Below are positions 19,439 to 32,677 of a stretch of 64,000 bases of DNA, piece after piece (the stretch's first letter is position 1; every line of letters begins with the position of its first letter). The position numbers were made by a program, and so were the translations under genes. The stretch is from the human T2T-CHM13v2.0 reference genome, Homo sapiens: assembly GCF_009914755.1 (NCBI RefSeq), contig NC_060934.1, one strand, 5' to 3'. The notes below the pieces were generated by a model. The model did not search any database. It saw only the letters and a list, made by a program, of their open reading frames with translations, and had not been told where the DNA came from.

Positions 19439-19963
19439 ATTGTCTGTCTCCTACCACTAGAATGTAAGCTTCCTGAGGACAGGAATTTTTGTCTGTTTTA
19501 TTTACTGCATGATTCCCTGGCATCTAGAACAGCACCTGGCACATAGCAGACATACAAACCAAAAGGAATGATTATTTTGGTGAGAATTACAACACCGAGG
19601 GAGGCCAATGACAGGTTTCTAACCATCCTCTTCCATCTGCTCTCCCTGCTCATGTCAGTCCTATGTGGAGTAGAATGAAACTATCTTTGTCTTTTGACGT
19701 TGCTATTTGTTAGTCCTAACCTCAGCCCCTCTGAAGCCTAAGAGGCTCAGAAGCCACATCAAGCTGGCTTGGTGCTAGACATGGGATGACGGGAATAAAC
19801 AGGGGTATGACGCAGTGTTTAGTGAATGAACACACCATTTCTGTTTTCCTTTGTCAGCTGGTAGCCCACAAGTAACTTTAGAAATGGAACAGCTGTGACT
19901 GTGGGGAAGGTAGAGAGTTTGCCTCCAAATTCATGTTGCACTATTTCTCTGTGGTTGATCCAG

Positions 19964-20049
19964 GATTACTGTGGCATGGCTTGGTCGGTACTAACTCAGA
20001 GATTCAAGAATGGCCTCTTTTCATCACATGCAGATGAGCATCGACTCAA
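19964..20049 (+). CDS. ENTPD7: ENTPD7 coding exon (DYCGMAWSVLTQRFKNGLFSSHADEHRL)
   Basis: atccag| and |gtaagt; phase-consistent. Confidence 0.95.
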
Positions 20050-20118
20050 GTAAGTTACTTCCCTTTCCTCCTTAGATGTGGACTTAAAATCTAGATGGCA
20101 GATTATAATGGAGAGTGA

Positions 20119-20610
<492 letters not shown>

Positions 20611-20750
20611 TAATATCAAACATATAGAAAAGTAGAGAGAATAGCAACATAAACCCTCATGTAACTATCACACAGCTTCAACAAATAACATTTTGCCAGT
20701 ATGGTTCATTGGTCCTTTCATTTTTAAATGTTTTAGTTAAAAATTGTTTA

Positions 20751-21046
<296 letters not shown>

Positions 21047-21500
21047 CAAAAATTGTTTTAACATAAACAAAACTAGAATAGTGTAATCAACTCCTGTGTA
21101 CCTGTCACCCTGCTTTCCTACTAACATTTATCAGCTCCTGGCCCATCTTGTTTTTATCTGTTTTCCCATCCACAATCCCCCTCTTACTTCAACTGGGTTG
21201 TTTTGAAGCTAATCCCAAACATCATATAATTACATTTGTAGATATTTTAATATGCTCTCTGAAGATAGGGACTCTTAAAAAAAAGAAAAAGAAAAACACA
21301 GCCACAGTATCATTATTGCCTTTGTGGTAAACACAAGATAAGTAGGCTGACTTAGAAATAACCCACTTAGAGGTGAGGAAGGTGAAGCGGGAGGAGGTAG
21401 GTCTTTTAATAACTTGTGGGAATATGGAGTGGCTTATTGCAAAGGAAAGTATTAGAATTCTTTTCTCTTTTTTTAAAATTTAATTATTTTTGTCACACAG

Positions 21501-21662
21501 ATATCAGTGTTTTAAATCGGCTTGGATGTACCAAGTCTTACATGAAGGATTCCACTTTCCCTATGACTACCCAAACCTGCGGACAGCCCAGCTGGTGTAT
21601 GACCGAGAGGTTCAGTGGACGCTGGGAGCCATTCTATATAAAACACGATTCTTACCACTCAG
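21501..21662 (+). CDS. ENTPD7: ENTPD7 coding exon (YQCFKSAWMYQVLHEGF...VQWTLGAILYKTRFLPL)
   Basis: acacag| and |gtaaag; ACR5 WTLG motif. Confidence 0.96.
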
Positions 21663-22703
21663 GTAAAGTAAGACTGACCAATCTGGTATCTTGAGCTCAG
21701 AGGATATCAGTTGATGCCTCAGAATCGGTTTCTTTCTTTTTTTTTTTAACCAGCTTAGAATAGGTCTTAAGTGACCTTCCTCTCTACCCCCTCACAAAAA
21801 CAAACTCCTTTACTTCCATGTGAGCCACTGTTACTACCAGGCATGCTCGAACAGAAAGAAGGTTGAGCATTACTGGTCTGGAGTCTCAGCTTTGCTGTTT
21901 CAGAAATCCAGCTTTATTTGTTTACTCACAACAAACCAGTCTTTAGGACTGAGCTCTTACTAATCACTTCCAAGATACTGACAAGCTAAAATGTCATTCT
22001 TGGGTTACCCTGGGAAACACATCTGACTAAAGAACAGGGGTAGGATGTCTAGAGCAATCTTTCATAACATACAGAGGCACTCCAGACATTGTGTCATTGA
22101 CTTAGAAGGCTTTTTGGTGGGTCAGAATTAGAATAAAGGACGTGAGATGTTTTTAGTGGGGCTACTTTCATCAAACTCTGGTAGCCTGATACCTTACTTT
22201 TATGTACTGTCAGATATTTGGGACAATTTTTAGGTACTCTGTACCCTGGACTATTTCAGATAAACTCAGATGAATTTTGTATCTTTGATGTCTGTTCCTC
22301 TAAACTCAATACCGTCAGCAGCCAGGCAGGCGACAGAAGTGAGGGAAGTGGGCTAGGTGGGGGTTGCCCACAACTGGAGCATGTATCCCAGTTAATGGGC
22401 TGGTTACTGTCACGCACAAGCACTGTCCCAGCATTTGCCAGTTCTCATCTGTCCAGAAAAGTCAGAAATCCATATTTTTTATGAAGTCTTTCAGTTTAGA
22501 GATTCGCATTCTAGAAGAACACTGCAGGTCAAACCAGACAAAACTAGATCTGGATCTGGACTGCTGAAGAGTGGCTTCTGTTCTAGCCAGGTGGACCATT
22601 ACACTTGGTTTTCATATCGCCTTATTTTTATCTGACTGTAATACAGTTGATCAGGTAACAGCTTTATTTAGATATATCCTAGATCCTAAGGAAACATAGT
22701 ACC

Positions 22704-23016
22704 TTTATTTTTTATTATTTTTTTGAGACAGGGTCTTGCTCTGTTGCCCAGGCTGAGTGTGGTGGCAGTGCCGTGTTCATAGCTCACTGCAACCTTGAAC
22801 TCCTGGGCTCAAGTGATTCTCCTGCCTCAGCCTTCTGAGTAGCTGGGAATACAGGTGCTCGCCACCATGCCCAGCTAATTTTTTGATTTTTCTTTTGCAG
22901 AGATGGGGTCTTGTTATGTTGACCAGGCTGGTTTTGAACTCCTGGCTTCAAGCAATTCTCCTGGCCTGGCCTCCCAAAGTGCTTTGATTACAAGCATGTG
23001 CCACTGCACTTGGCTG
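22704..23016 (-). mobile_element. AluJ
   Basis: Diverged Alu. Confidence 0.88.
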
Positions 23017-23441
23017 CATAGCAACTTTAAAAAAAGGATTTAGACACACACACTCTGATTTCTTTATTGGATTCAGGGGATACCCTATTCTCATTAGTAC
23101 TGTATTTATAAGCCATATTTTAAGACTTATGTTACAGGTGATCAATCTAGCCTTTCTGTTCATTTTTTGGGATTCAATTTCAAAGGCCTTCCCATCTTGG
23201 CTTAGATTCTGGAGGGTGTAAGCCTGGAGGTCCCTTCTGGGGGCCGTGGGAAGGAAGACACAGAAGGGCTCCTGGGGCGGGGGATGTTCTTCAGCTTTGC
23301 CTGCTCTGTGGAGCTGGTGTCATAAAATGTTTATGTGGATGGAATAAATGTGATAACACTACTGGGCCTTTCAAATCAGTAAATGTCTCCCTTTGAAACT
23401 TAACAGTTTTTTCCACCTACAAATTCTTAATTCTTCCCTAG

Positions 23442-23673
23442 GGATCTTCGGCAGGAAGGTGTCCGACAAGCCCATGGTAGCTGGTTCCGTCTCTCCTTTG
23501 TATACAACCACTATCTCTTCTTTGCCTGTATCCTGGTGGTGCTACTGGCCATCTTCCTATACCTTCTGCGGCTACGCCGAATTCACCACCGACAAACACG
23601 AGCCTCAGCTCCATTGGACTTGCTGTGGCTTGAAGAGGTGGTGCCCATGATGGGAGTACAGGTGGGGCCGTGA
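23442..23673 (+). CDS. ENTPD7: ENTPD7 last coding exon (C-terminal TM helix, ends ...PMMGVQVGP*)
   Basis: ccctag| acceptor; hydrophobic YLFFACILVVLLAIFLYLL followed by RLRR; TGA at 23671-23673. Confidence 0.96.
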
Positions 23674-25326
23674 GGCTGGACCAGGACTAGAGAAGCTTGA
23701 GCACCCCCGAGTTGCTGCTCATTGAATTCCTCCACTTTCTTATATAGCCTCAGATGCTGTGATGTCTGACCTTGTGGATATTTGCCCTTGGAATTTCTAC
23801 TTTACTTTCTACCGTAATTCCTTCTCCGTACCCAGGTCTTCTCTGAGAGAAGCTATAATTTAATCTGTGAGGAACTAAATGACAGGAGATTGGTGCTAAT
23901 ACGGGGGACCAAGCTTTGTCCAAGTGAAGCAGGCTTCGACTCCTTCTGAGAGGTCTGGTGTGTTCCTAGAATCTCACCTTTTCTTCCCTTGCTAAAGCAT
24001 GAAGTTTGGCATTTGGCACACTGGAAGCCTGGTTGAAATGAAATTTGTAGCATCTGATACAAAGCCAGAGACATTCTAGCAAGTGCAGCAGCCCCTTCTT
24101 TCTCTGTAACAGAGATATCATTTATGTGGAGATCCACAACCTTTAACAGGGATCCAACATCTTTGCAGTTCAATCGACCACATAGGAATTTCCAGGCACC
24201 AAAATGATATAACTTCCTTGCTTCCTTGACAAAGAAGCCATCATGGGTGTGATCCAAGATCCCTGTCGTAGTGTTGATGATGTTAGTACATGATTTTAAA
24301 GGTTAGAACCCCTTCTAAATGAATGGTCTGTGGAAGATTTTAGTATCTTATCTGATGCCTGGTATGATGAGGATAGAAAATTTTTCCATTTTTATGTGCC
24401 TCACAGGCTGTTTGGGCATTAATTTTGCTTTTTGAGCCTTAAGTGTGTTAGTAGGATGGAGAAACTGTGATGGGGACTGGGAACCTGGATTTGTCTGATT
24501 TTAGGTCACTGTTCCCTGGGCCTGTTTTTGTGAGCCCTTACACAGGAAGATATAAAGAGAGTTCTTTCATTTCACTGCTAAAATCAGTATGTAGTATGGG
24601 GAATGTATTTGGGTTGTTTTTAAAGAAAAGGGGAACAGAATCAGGAGAGTGGGCAAAGGCAATAAAATCAAAGTTCTTATTAATTATTTCTGAGAAATAG
24701 AAGTTTCTCAATTTATGACTCTTGGAATGTCTGAAAGGGAGCAAATTTGGAATAGATCAATCTGTTAATAAGCCATCTGGCAACTTTCAGAACCTCTATT
24801 AAGAGACTGCTGAGTCACAAACAGCACTTCCATTAATGAAGCGAGAGGAAAAGCCATAATAATTACATCTTCACCCACTACCCTTCCAGAGCTTTGCTTC
24901 TCCTCCACATTTAGCCATTAAATTGCATGAGGATTTCTCTCCATCAGGGTCCGCATGGAATCTTTCTTATATTTTACCCTTTCCTACATGTAGCCTTGAA
25001 TGTCCTTTCCACAAATATGCTCCCACGGCTGGGAGCATTTTCTTTTCTTTTCGTCACCTTTGATTTTTGGGATTAGATTAATAGGGGAAAAAGTCCCTGG
25101 CTTTAAAGAAAACAAAAGTAGAATTCTTCAAAAATAAATTTCATACTGGGAACAGAAAGGAACTAAATGCTTCATAAAACAGGGAAAAAGAAATTAAGAT
25201 CATCCTAGAAATAAACTAAGATAAAAATAAGTATACTGACCCTTGGTTGGTAGATAAAAAGATGACCAGTCTTGTATTGTTTTAAAATTAGATAAACATG
25301 GATTAAGCATGCAAAGACTCTGTTCC

Positions 25327-25622
25327 TTTTTTTTTTTCTTGGAGACAGGGCCTCACGCTGTCACCCAGGCTGGAGTGCAGTTGTGCAACATCATGGCTCA
25401 CCGCAGCCTCAACCTCCTGGGCTCAAACAGTCCTCCCAACTCAGACTCCAGAGTAGCTGGGACTACAGGTGTGCGCCACCACACTCAGCTAATTTTTTAT
25501 TTTTTTTTTTAGAGATGGAGTCTGTGTTGTCCAGGCCGGTCTCAAACTCTTGGGCTCAAGCAATCCTCCCACCTCAGCCTCCCAAAGTGCTGGGATTACA
25601 AGCATGAGCTACTGCACCTGCC
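25327..25622 (-). mobile_element. AluJ in the ENTPD7 3'UTR
   Basis: Diverged Alu. Confidence 0.9.
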
Positions 25623-26911
25623 CTCTGTTTCCTTTGGAAATCTCTTACCTTTCATTAGGGTTTCTTTCATAGCAATTTCCTTTGGTTTTTAAGACTTCTA
25701 CATTGCTTTTTCTTTTATTATCTGTGCTCCGTGAACCTTATGAATGCTGCTTAAAAATAATGTCAAAATATGTTTTAGCTGCCTACTCAGGTAACGTTTT
25801 CTTTTGCTCTCATCTTGGTTTCCATATACTATTTTTGGTTTTTTGTGAGATCTAATCAATGATCTAGTCAGAAGCTACTTCACTGGCTAACAGTGATCAT
25901 GTTCATGTGCTAAAAATGAACTTGAAACACGGAAGTAGTGGTTGGTCCAGTTTGAAAGCTCTTATTAGTATTCTTCATCCTGGCTGTAATAATAGCCATT
26001 ATTTGTTATGCCTTTGTTATGTAGCAGACACTCTTAAGGATTTTATGTGTATTATTCAAATTGCTATTACTGTTCTTTTTATAGTTGAGAATCTCAGGAT
26101 ACCTACATTTATCACTTTTTCAATATATATGTATTTCTTATTCTTATTTTGTCTTGGAGTGTTTAATGTGTTATTTCCTGTTCATTACTTTAATATTATG
26201 GTATCTAGGCTTGTCTTTATTACCATGAGCAAGGTCTCCAGGAGTTCCACAGTACTGAAGGAAAATTTTGTCATATCCCTCAGAAGAACTGAATATTTAT
26301 TATTGGTATGGGCTCCTTTGTTTATTCTCTTCTCCCAATTAATAGATTTTAAATGAAATCTTATTAGCTAGAAACAAAAGCCACTTACTCCTTGCTGAGA
26401 GCCAATTACTTAAATATATTTCTTCCTTATAATAAAATAATTTGCTTCTAGGAGCAGAAATCTATCTTGCCATACCCTTTGGTTTTTAAAGATTTCTCTT
26501 CTATTTGCATTTCTGCACTTTGGTGGTTCTCCCATGAAGATAATTATGGTGTCATAAAATTCACATTCCACTGGTTCCTTTGAATCTTACCAACCACTCT
26601 TGTTAACAGAGACAATGAACCTGAACTGTTTTAGGACTCTTGTTATTACTGAGACAGGTCACAAACATCAAAATAGGAGTCCGTGGCTTGTAGTGATGCT
26701 TTTTAGTCTTGTGATAGCACAATCCATCACTTTCCCCAAAATTCTTGTCATAGAACATAATGAAAAATATGTAAAATACCCATTTATGTGGCATTTCATT
26801 CACTTAAGTTGCAGTTAACTCTAAGCCAAATTATACCATTTTTTCTCTCTGTACTTTAGCTCCTTGAATTTCCTTAATCTGGGAAACTTTTGTTCCCACA
26901 CCAAGGAACAA

Positions 26912-27078
26912 ATTCAGGGGGTACAAGTGCAGGTTTGTTACATGAGTATATTGAGTGATGCTGAGGTTTGGGGTACAGATCCCATCACCAGGTGGTGAGC
27001 ATAGTACCTAACAGATAGTTCTTTAATCCATGCCCTCCTCTCTCCCTCCCTGCTCTAGTAGTCCACAGTGTCTATTCT
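26912..27078 (-). mobile_element. L1PA/PB 3'-end fragment in the ENTPD7 3'UTR
   Basis: gggtacaagtgcaggtttgttacatg...gagcatagtacc L1P 3'UTR signature. Confidence 0.8.
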
Positions 27079-29873
27079 GGTCTGGGAAATTTTCATCACT
27101 TTCCACCAATCTTCTATTTATTCTCCAAATGTCTTCCAAAGTATCCTGCCCCACCCCCTCCTCATCCTAAGAGATTCCTTTAACTTCAAGATCATATCCA
27201 GTGATTGCTGAAAAATGTCTGCCATGCACTTGCTAAGCTAGTGTTTTTAGGCATTAACATTTATTATCACATCCATATTTATATTTTTGAAATAATTTAT
27301 ACTTCTCACTGATATCATCTAAACAGATGCTTCTCACAGTTTTATGTTTTGTTTTTTGTCAGGGATGAAAGACAAGTGAGTGGTATCACTTAAGGGAAAG
27401 AACAGTAGGCTTAACGAATAGCAGACCTGGATTCTAGTTCTGGCTTTGTCATTTACTAGCTCTGGTACCCCAGGCCAGTCACTTACCATCTCTGGTTCGG
27501 TTCTCATCTATCAAACAAAGAGGCTAGACAAGATTAGAAACTAAAGGCAGAAGACAAGGTAGAAAAATCATATGATTTTGGGAAGAGCATTTTGTCCTTT
27601 GGTTTAGAAGACCAGGCTGCCCAAAAGAGCCTCCTATTTTATCCATAACCCCTGATGATAAGGTTGGTGGGAACAGAGTTTCTAATAGTAATCATAATAA
27701 ATTTCAGAAGAGTTTTAAAGCTTCTGGTCAACCCCCTTGATTTATATGGGTGATAAAACTGAGGCCTAGAGCAGTTGTAATATGTGCAAAGTCATAGTGA
27801 CTGGCCTCCTAGCCCAACTACTTTGTCAGCTACAATGAAATGCTCATTAACAGAATCTTTCTGCAAGTATAAACAGAATCTATTTTTTATAAAACAGCTG
27901 GCCACAACTAACCATGCCCCATCTTTACAACTGCTTCTGACATTCATTTATGACTGCTTTGCTCACATTTAGGAATAAACTTTGAAAAAAATACTTTGTC
28001 AGAAATAGTGCCAAGTTTTCACTACATCTATTCTTGTTCCTGTATTTCTTTTCGTACTTTTAAATTTTATACATCTTTTTAAAACAATTTTATACAATTT
28101 CCTTTACTACAACATCCAAGCAATTCATTAGATGACTACAGCCTAGATGAAGGTATAAATGCCTATTACATCTACCTCATTAAAGAACTTCGTTGTAATT
28201 CTTGGGCAGTTTCCAGACTCTGTTACAGAAACAGAGGGCTGTTTCTTTTTGTTGTCTTTAAACTTTTCAAATTAATTCAAAACTAGTATCTAATTGTCCT
28301 TTTTGCTGTGGTATGTGGTGTAATGTTGATTGGGAATAAGAATTATGGTAGAAATAGCAGATGTTTCAAATTCTCCCATATTAGTCTCTTAGGGACGCTA
28401 GCTCCAGATTCCAGCCCCTGGGGCAATAACTTGTGAGGATTTTCCTGGTGTTACAAAAAATATTGCTGTTAAAAAACTAAGACTCAAAACCAAAAGTTGT
28501 GATTAATAATAACAGGATTATTAGTCAATAATATTTTGATTAATACTATAGAATAGCAACAGTGAATATACCTCAAATTGAAAACTTTTAGGTTGTGTTC
28601 TTGGCTCATTCTCTCATAACCTGGATCTAAGTTGGAAAGCTGTGGCACCCTGTTTGGGTGTCCCATCTACCCTGTTTTCTGTTTCTGCAGATGGCTTGTT
28701 CAAGCTTCATTTTAAGCCTGCTCTGTCTACTTATCTTCCTTATATCCTAATAGACTTCTCTTGTGTTATTACACATTTCTCTTTTGCTCTAATATTTCAT
28801 TATTTTCCAGTTTGTCAGTACCGTTATCAGAGGGACAAGGAAGGAATAACACACCAGTTGACCATTTTGTTTCTCTGAAAATCTGAGCAATACGGAGATC
28901 CTTTTATTAGTAAAACTGAATCATTACTCATACTACAAGGGCTTTCACTTTTAAAATGTAATCCATCATTGCTTGCCATTTTTATGAAAACCAAAGTTGA
29001 AAAGTCTTCTGAATCACAGGCTATGTATAGCCACACATGCATGACTTCAGGCTAGCATAAAGACATGTCTGCTCCTGAGCCTCTTCTTTTAAAGGGCAAC
29101 CACTTGTATACCCTCTGGTGGCCACTCCTCCTTCTCCACTCCAAGGCAGCCCTGGTACTTTCCTAAGTGGCCCCTCCTACAGAGCACTTGCCGGCATTTG
29201 GCCTGCTGCTGGTGAAGACGCCCCTTACTAGCTTCATAAATGTTTTTCTGCAAGCAGGGATCCCAGACACATACTTTGGTTTCTAGTGTTTCAGTTACTA
29301 TGTTGTATTTGAAATTCTCATTCCACAATTACCCTTTAGTTGAAGTCCTGAAGTACATGCCATGTACTCCCCCTTTATTTCTACCTTGATCAATGGCCTC
29401 TGCGGAGTGTAGTGAAAGACATCTTTTTATTATGATCTACACTTTAAAAAACCAAAGGCTGCCTGTATTACATTGCTTTGGGGAGTTGTTAAGACTCTGT
29501 TTTTTCTACTGCTTCACATTAAACAATAATTTTGTTGAATTTTGAATTCTTAAAATTCTCACTGACAAACATTTTAGGTCAGTGTTGAGGAAAATGTGTG
29601 ATGCATGTTAGAGAGGTGATGCATTCTCCCTTATGCAGGGACATGGGTATATGTGTTACATATGCTGATATATAACCCACCATTCATCCCAGGACCACAA
29701 GGGTAGCTGTAGATAAACTGGTTATCCTAAAATCATGATTATCAGTGTTGATCTCTGCAACCAACATTGCTTTAGGGAGTTGCTAGTCATTACCCCTGCT
29801 ACAATAGATAGTATTTGTCAGTCTAAGTTACAGACAAAAAATTCTAGGTTGACTGATTAAGAAAGCCATGTGT

Positions 29874-29879
29874 TTTAAT
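29874..29879 (-). terminator. Putative distal poly(A) signal of COX15 (ATTAAA)
   Basis: tttaat on the + strand; on the minus strand a CA lies ~20 nt downstream, followed by a U/GU-rich element (ttttttgtctgt). Confidence 0.55.
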
Positions 29880-30193
29880 TTCCTTCATGTTTTAAAAACA
29901 ATGGACGTAAGTGCAGAGAGACCTTTGAAAATATTAAGGGAAATCTATTTAATCCTATAGGTATGTGATGACTTGTTTTTTTGGAAAAAGGTATTTGGAA
30001 CATCAATCTGTAATTATCCATTTTCCATTCATGCATTCACTAATTCAATATTTGATATGTGTCTGGGAGTGCTGGGAATAACATAAATACAAAAAAAAAC
30101 CCTAAGATAATCATTCACCAGAAGCTCATAGATATAATACAGTTATATAGCTAAATGCAGCCAGTTGTTTTTCCAAATGTACTCATCATCTGT

Positions 30194-30199
30194 AATAAA
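30194..30199 (+). terminator. Putative distal poly(A) signal of ENTPD7
   Basis: AATAAA overlapped by an upstream UGUA (CFIm) motif. Confidence 0.6.
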
Positions 30200-30559
30200 A
30201 GAAAAATGAAGTAAAACATCTGAAACCTTAACTTACTCATGAGTTGCTACTTCCTTGGAGGCAACTGTAGAAGCATTAATATATGGTTCTTTGGGTTGGG
30301 TCATACTGCCCTCTGCTGACTCAGTTACTAACTAAGGACAACCTGGGTTTGAGGATCAGGAGAGGATGGTGTGGGAACCTGCCTCAGGAACTACAGTTCC
30401 CTTTCTTTGAAGGATTCTATCCAGAAGAGACCATATCCTACTAACATACTAATAGGAGCAACATAGCAGATCAAATGATAAGGTGGGGTGGAAATTAGAA
30501 GGGAATGGGAATAAGCTAGTCAGAACTTTCTAAGGTAACTAGGCTATTAGGACCTAAGC

Positions 30560-30720
30560 CAGTGGTCCCTAGACTTGTCTGCACATTGGAATCACCTGGG
30601 GAACTTTAAAAATATGCCTTTTACTTCCTCCAGGGATTGTGACTTAATTGGTCTTAGATGAGGCTTGGGCTTTGGGATTTTTCTAAGATTCAAATAAGAG
30701 AGAAGTTGGGAATCTCTTCT
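30560..30720. mobile_element. MER5-family hAT element
   Basis: cagtggtccc...tgcacattggaatcacctggggaactttaaaa. Confidence 0.7.
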
Positions 30721-30792
30721 AGGCAATAGCATAAGCCCAGCCAGGGTCCAGCATTTATGAAAAATTGACAAACTGTTTTGCTAAGAATCACC

Positions 30793-31206
30793 TGTGTTAG
30801 TCGGCTTGCATTGCTATAAGGAAATACTGACAATTTTTAGAAAGAAAAGAGGTTTATTTGGCTCACTGTTCTGCATAGAACTGTATAGGAAGCATGGCGC
30901 TGGCATCTGCTTCTGGTGAGGGCCTCACGAAGCTTACAATCATGGCAGAAGGTGAAGGGGAGCCAGTGTGTCACATGGTGAGAGAGAGCAAGCGAGAGAG
31001 GAGGAAGTTCCAGGCTCTTTTAAACAACCAGCTCTTGCATAAACAACCAGAGTGAGAACTCACTCATTACTATGGGGATGGCACAAAGTCATACATAAGG
31101 GATCCGCCCCCATGACCCAAATACCTCCTACTAGGCCCACCTCTAACACTGAATGTCACACTTTGAACATGAGATTTGGAGGGGACAAAACATCCAAACC
31201 ATATCA
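30793..31206 (-). mobile_element. MST-type MaLR solo LTR
   Basis: TG...CA termini, minus-strand start tgatatggtttggatg, 5-bp TSD tcacc/ccacc. Confidence 0.88.
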
Positions 31207-32403
31207 CCACCTGAGAATGGTACACTACAGGTCACAGAAACTTACAGAGTACTGGAGTTGAAAGAGAACTGAGATCACCTAGTTCAGAGACTAACGGGAA
31301 ACGTTAGGTCATTTATGGCTCTCAGACACGTTAAGCCTGCATAACATTTTTTAAAATCTTGAAATTAGTTCCCAACACTTAATTGAGAGCTTTCACAGAA
31401 AAATCTAGATATGTGGCTTATTTTTAAAAAACAGAAGATTTGCTGACTTAAACACTGCAAAATTAAACATTTATATCTGAATCCAGCATCTCTTTTTGCT
31501 TTGTAAATGAGGTCAAGGATGAAATCCAGATGTTCTTCCTTTGTATTTGTATTGTCACTGTATGGAATCTAGGTATATCCAAGGAAAAATAAACTTAAGA
31601 TAAGCTTATTTTCCTTATTTCAAAAAGCAAAACAAAAACCCAGAAGATCTAACAACCCTGGACCTGTAGAGTGGCAGCAACAGACCAGAACTCAGCAGTA
31701 TAGTCCGAGCTGGGGCACCTGCTCGCCAGTGTTACTGTCTCCATCAGCCTGACCCCAGTGAGCATTTGATTTGGTCTACCCTACTCTTGCCTTCTACAGA
31801 ACTAAAACTAACTTCCTGCAACTTTCATCCATTGCTGCCAGCTCTGCAGCATAATGGAAGCTCATTCCCTCTTCTGCATGAGACGGCTTCAACTTCTCAA
31901 GGACAGGAATCTTGCTCTCTCTCCAGATGTTCTCTGCTCCAGTTAAATATCCCTAGTTCCTTCACCTATTCCCTGTGTGACAGGGGTTCTGGACTCATCA
32001 TTCTGATCTCTTCTTCTGGATACACACTTAGTGGCCATCAATATCTTGCTTAAATTTGGTACCCAGAGTGAAATGCAGTATGTTAGGGGTATTTTGACTA
32101 TGGCTGTGACACTTCTACTGATAAAACCTGAAGTACCACTAATTTTTCTGTTATCATATAATAACAACATGAATACTACTTGGTTCATATTGAACCTGAG
32201 GACAACTAAAATCCCGTCTTTTTTATATGAAATGATATAAGGCCAGGTTTCTTCAGCCCAAACTTATACAACTTATTTAATTTAAATGAGTATGTTACAT
32301 TTCTAATCTGTTTAATTTCATCTCGATGGGGTCATTCTGGGACTGTTTTCAGTTGCCACTGTCATCTATTATATTAGCAATATTGGGTTGCTCCATCCTC
32401 AAA

Positions 32404-32469
32404 TCAGATGTTTCTGATGCCTTCATCCAAATCACTGATTTTAAAAGTAAGGTTGAATAAGACAGGGCC
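32404..32469 (-). CDS. COX15: COX15 alternative terminal coding exon, isoform 2 (GPVLFNLTFKISDLDEGIRNI*, 388 aa)
   Basis: tttcatag| acceptor in phase 0 with exon 8; matches the recalled 388-aa isoform tail. Confidence 0.8.
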   Translation of the reverse strand, partial: GPVLFNLTFKISDLDEGIRNI

Positions 32470-32677
32470 CTATGAAATATCAATAGAGACCAAAATCACA
32501 TTAATTCAGCAGTCAACAATTTGTTTATCTGGGTAGATGTCCATGCACTACACCATCAAGGCCATATTTTTCTTATTACAAAGCTGTTAGGAAACCCTCT
32601 CAGGAACCAATTTATACTGTCGATTCCATTCCTCTCTCTGACCTTGTAATGTTAACAGCCTTATCAAAAGAGGAACT

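Larger units (their letters stand above)
23674..30220 (+). other. ENTPD7: ENTPD7 long 3'UTR (distal end approximate)
   Basis: Follows the stop codon; TGTAATAAA at 30191-30199. Several upstream AATAAA (e.g. 24661, 26431) may be alternative ends. Confidence 0.7.

Noticed and set aside
24276-24356. TGATGA...CTGA pair resembling a box C/D snoRNA
   Set aside because: Located in a 3'UTR, C box lacks the leading purine, no convincing terminal stem or guide
25907-26356. 149-aa hydrophobic ORF in the ENTPD7 3'UTR
   Set aside because: T-rich UTR composition, non-ATG start, no recognisable homology
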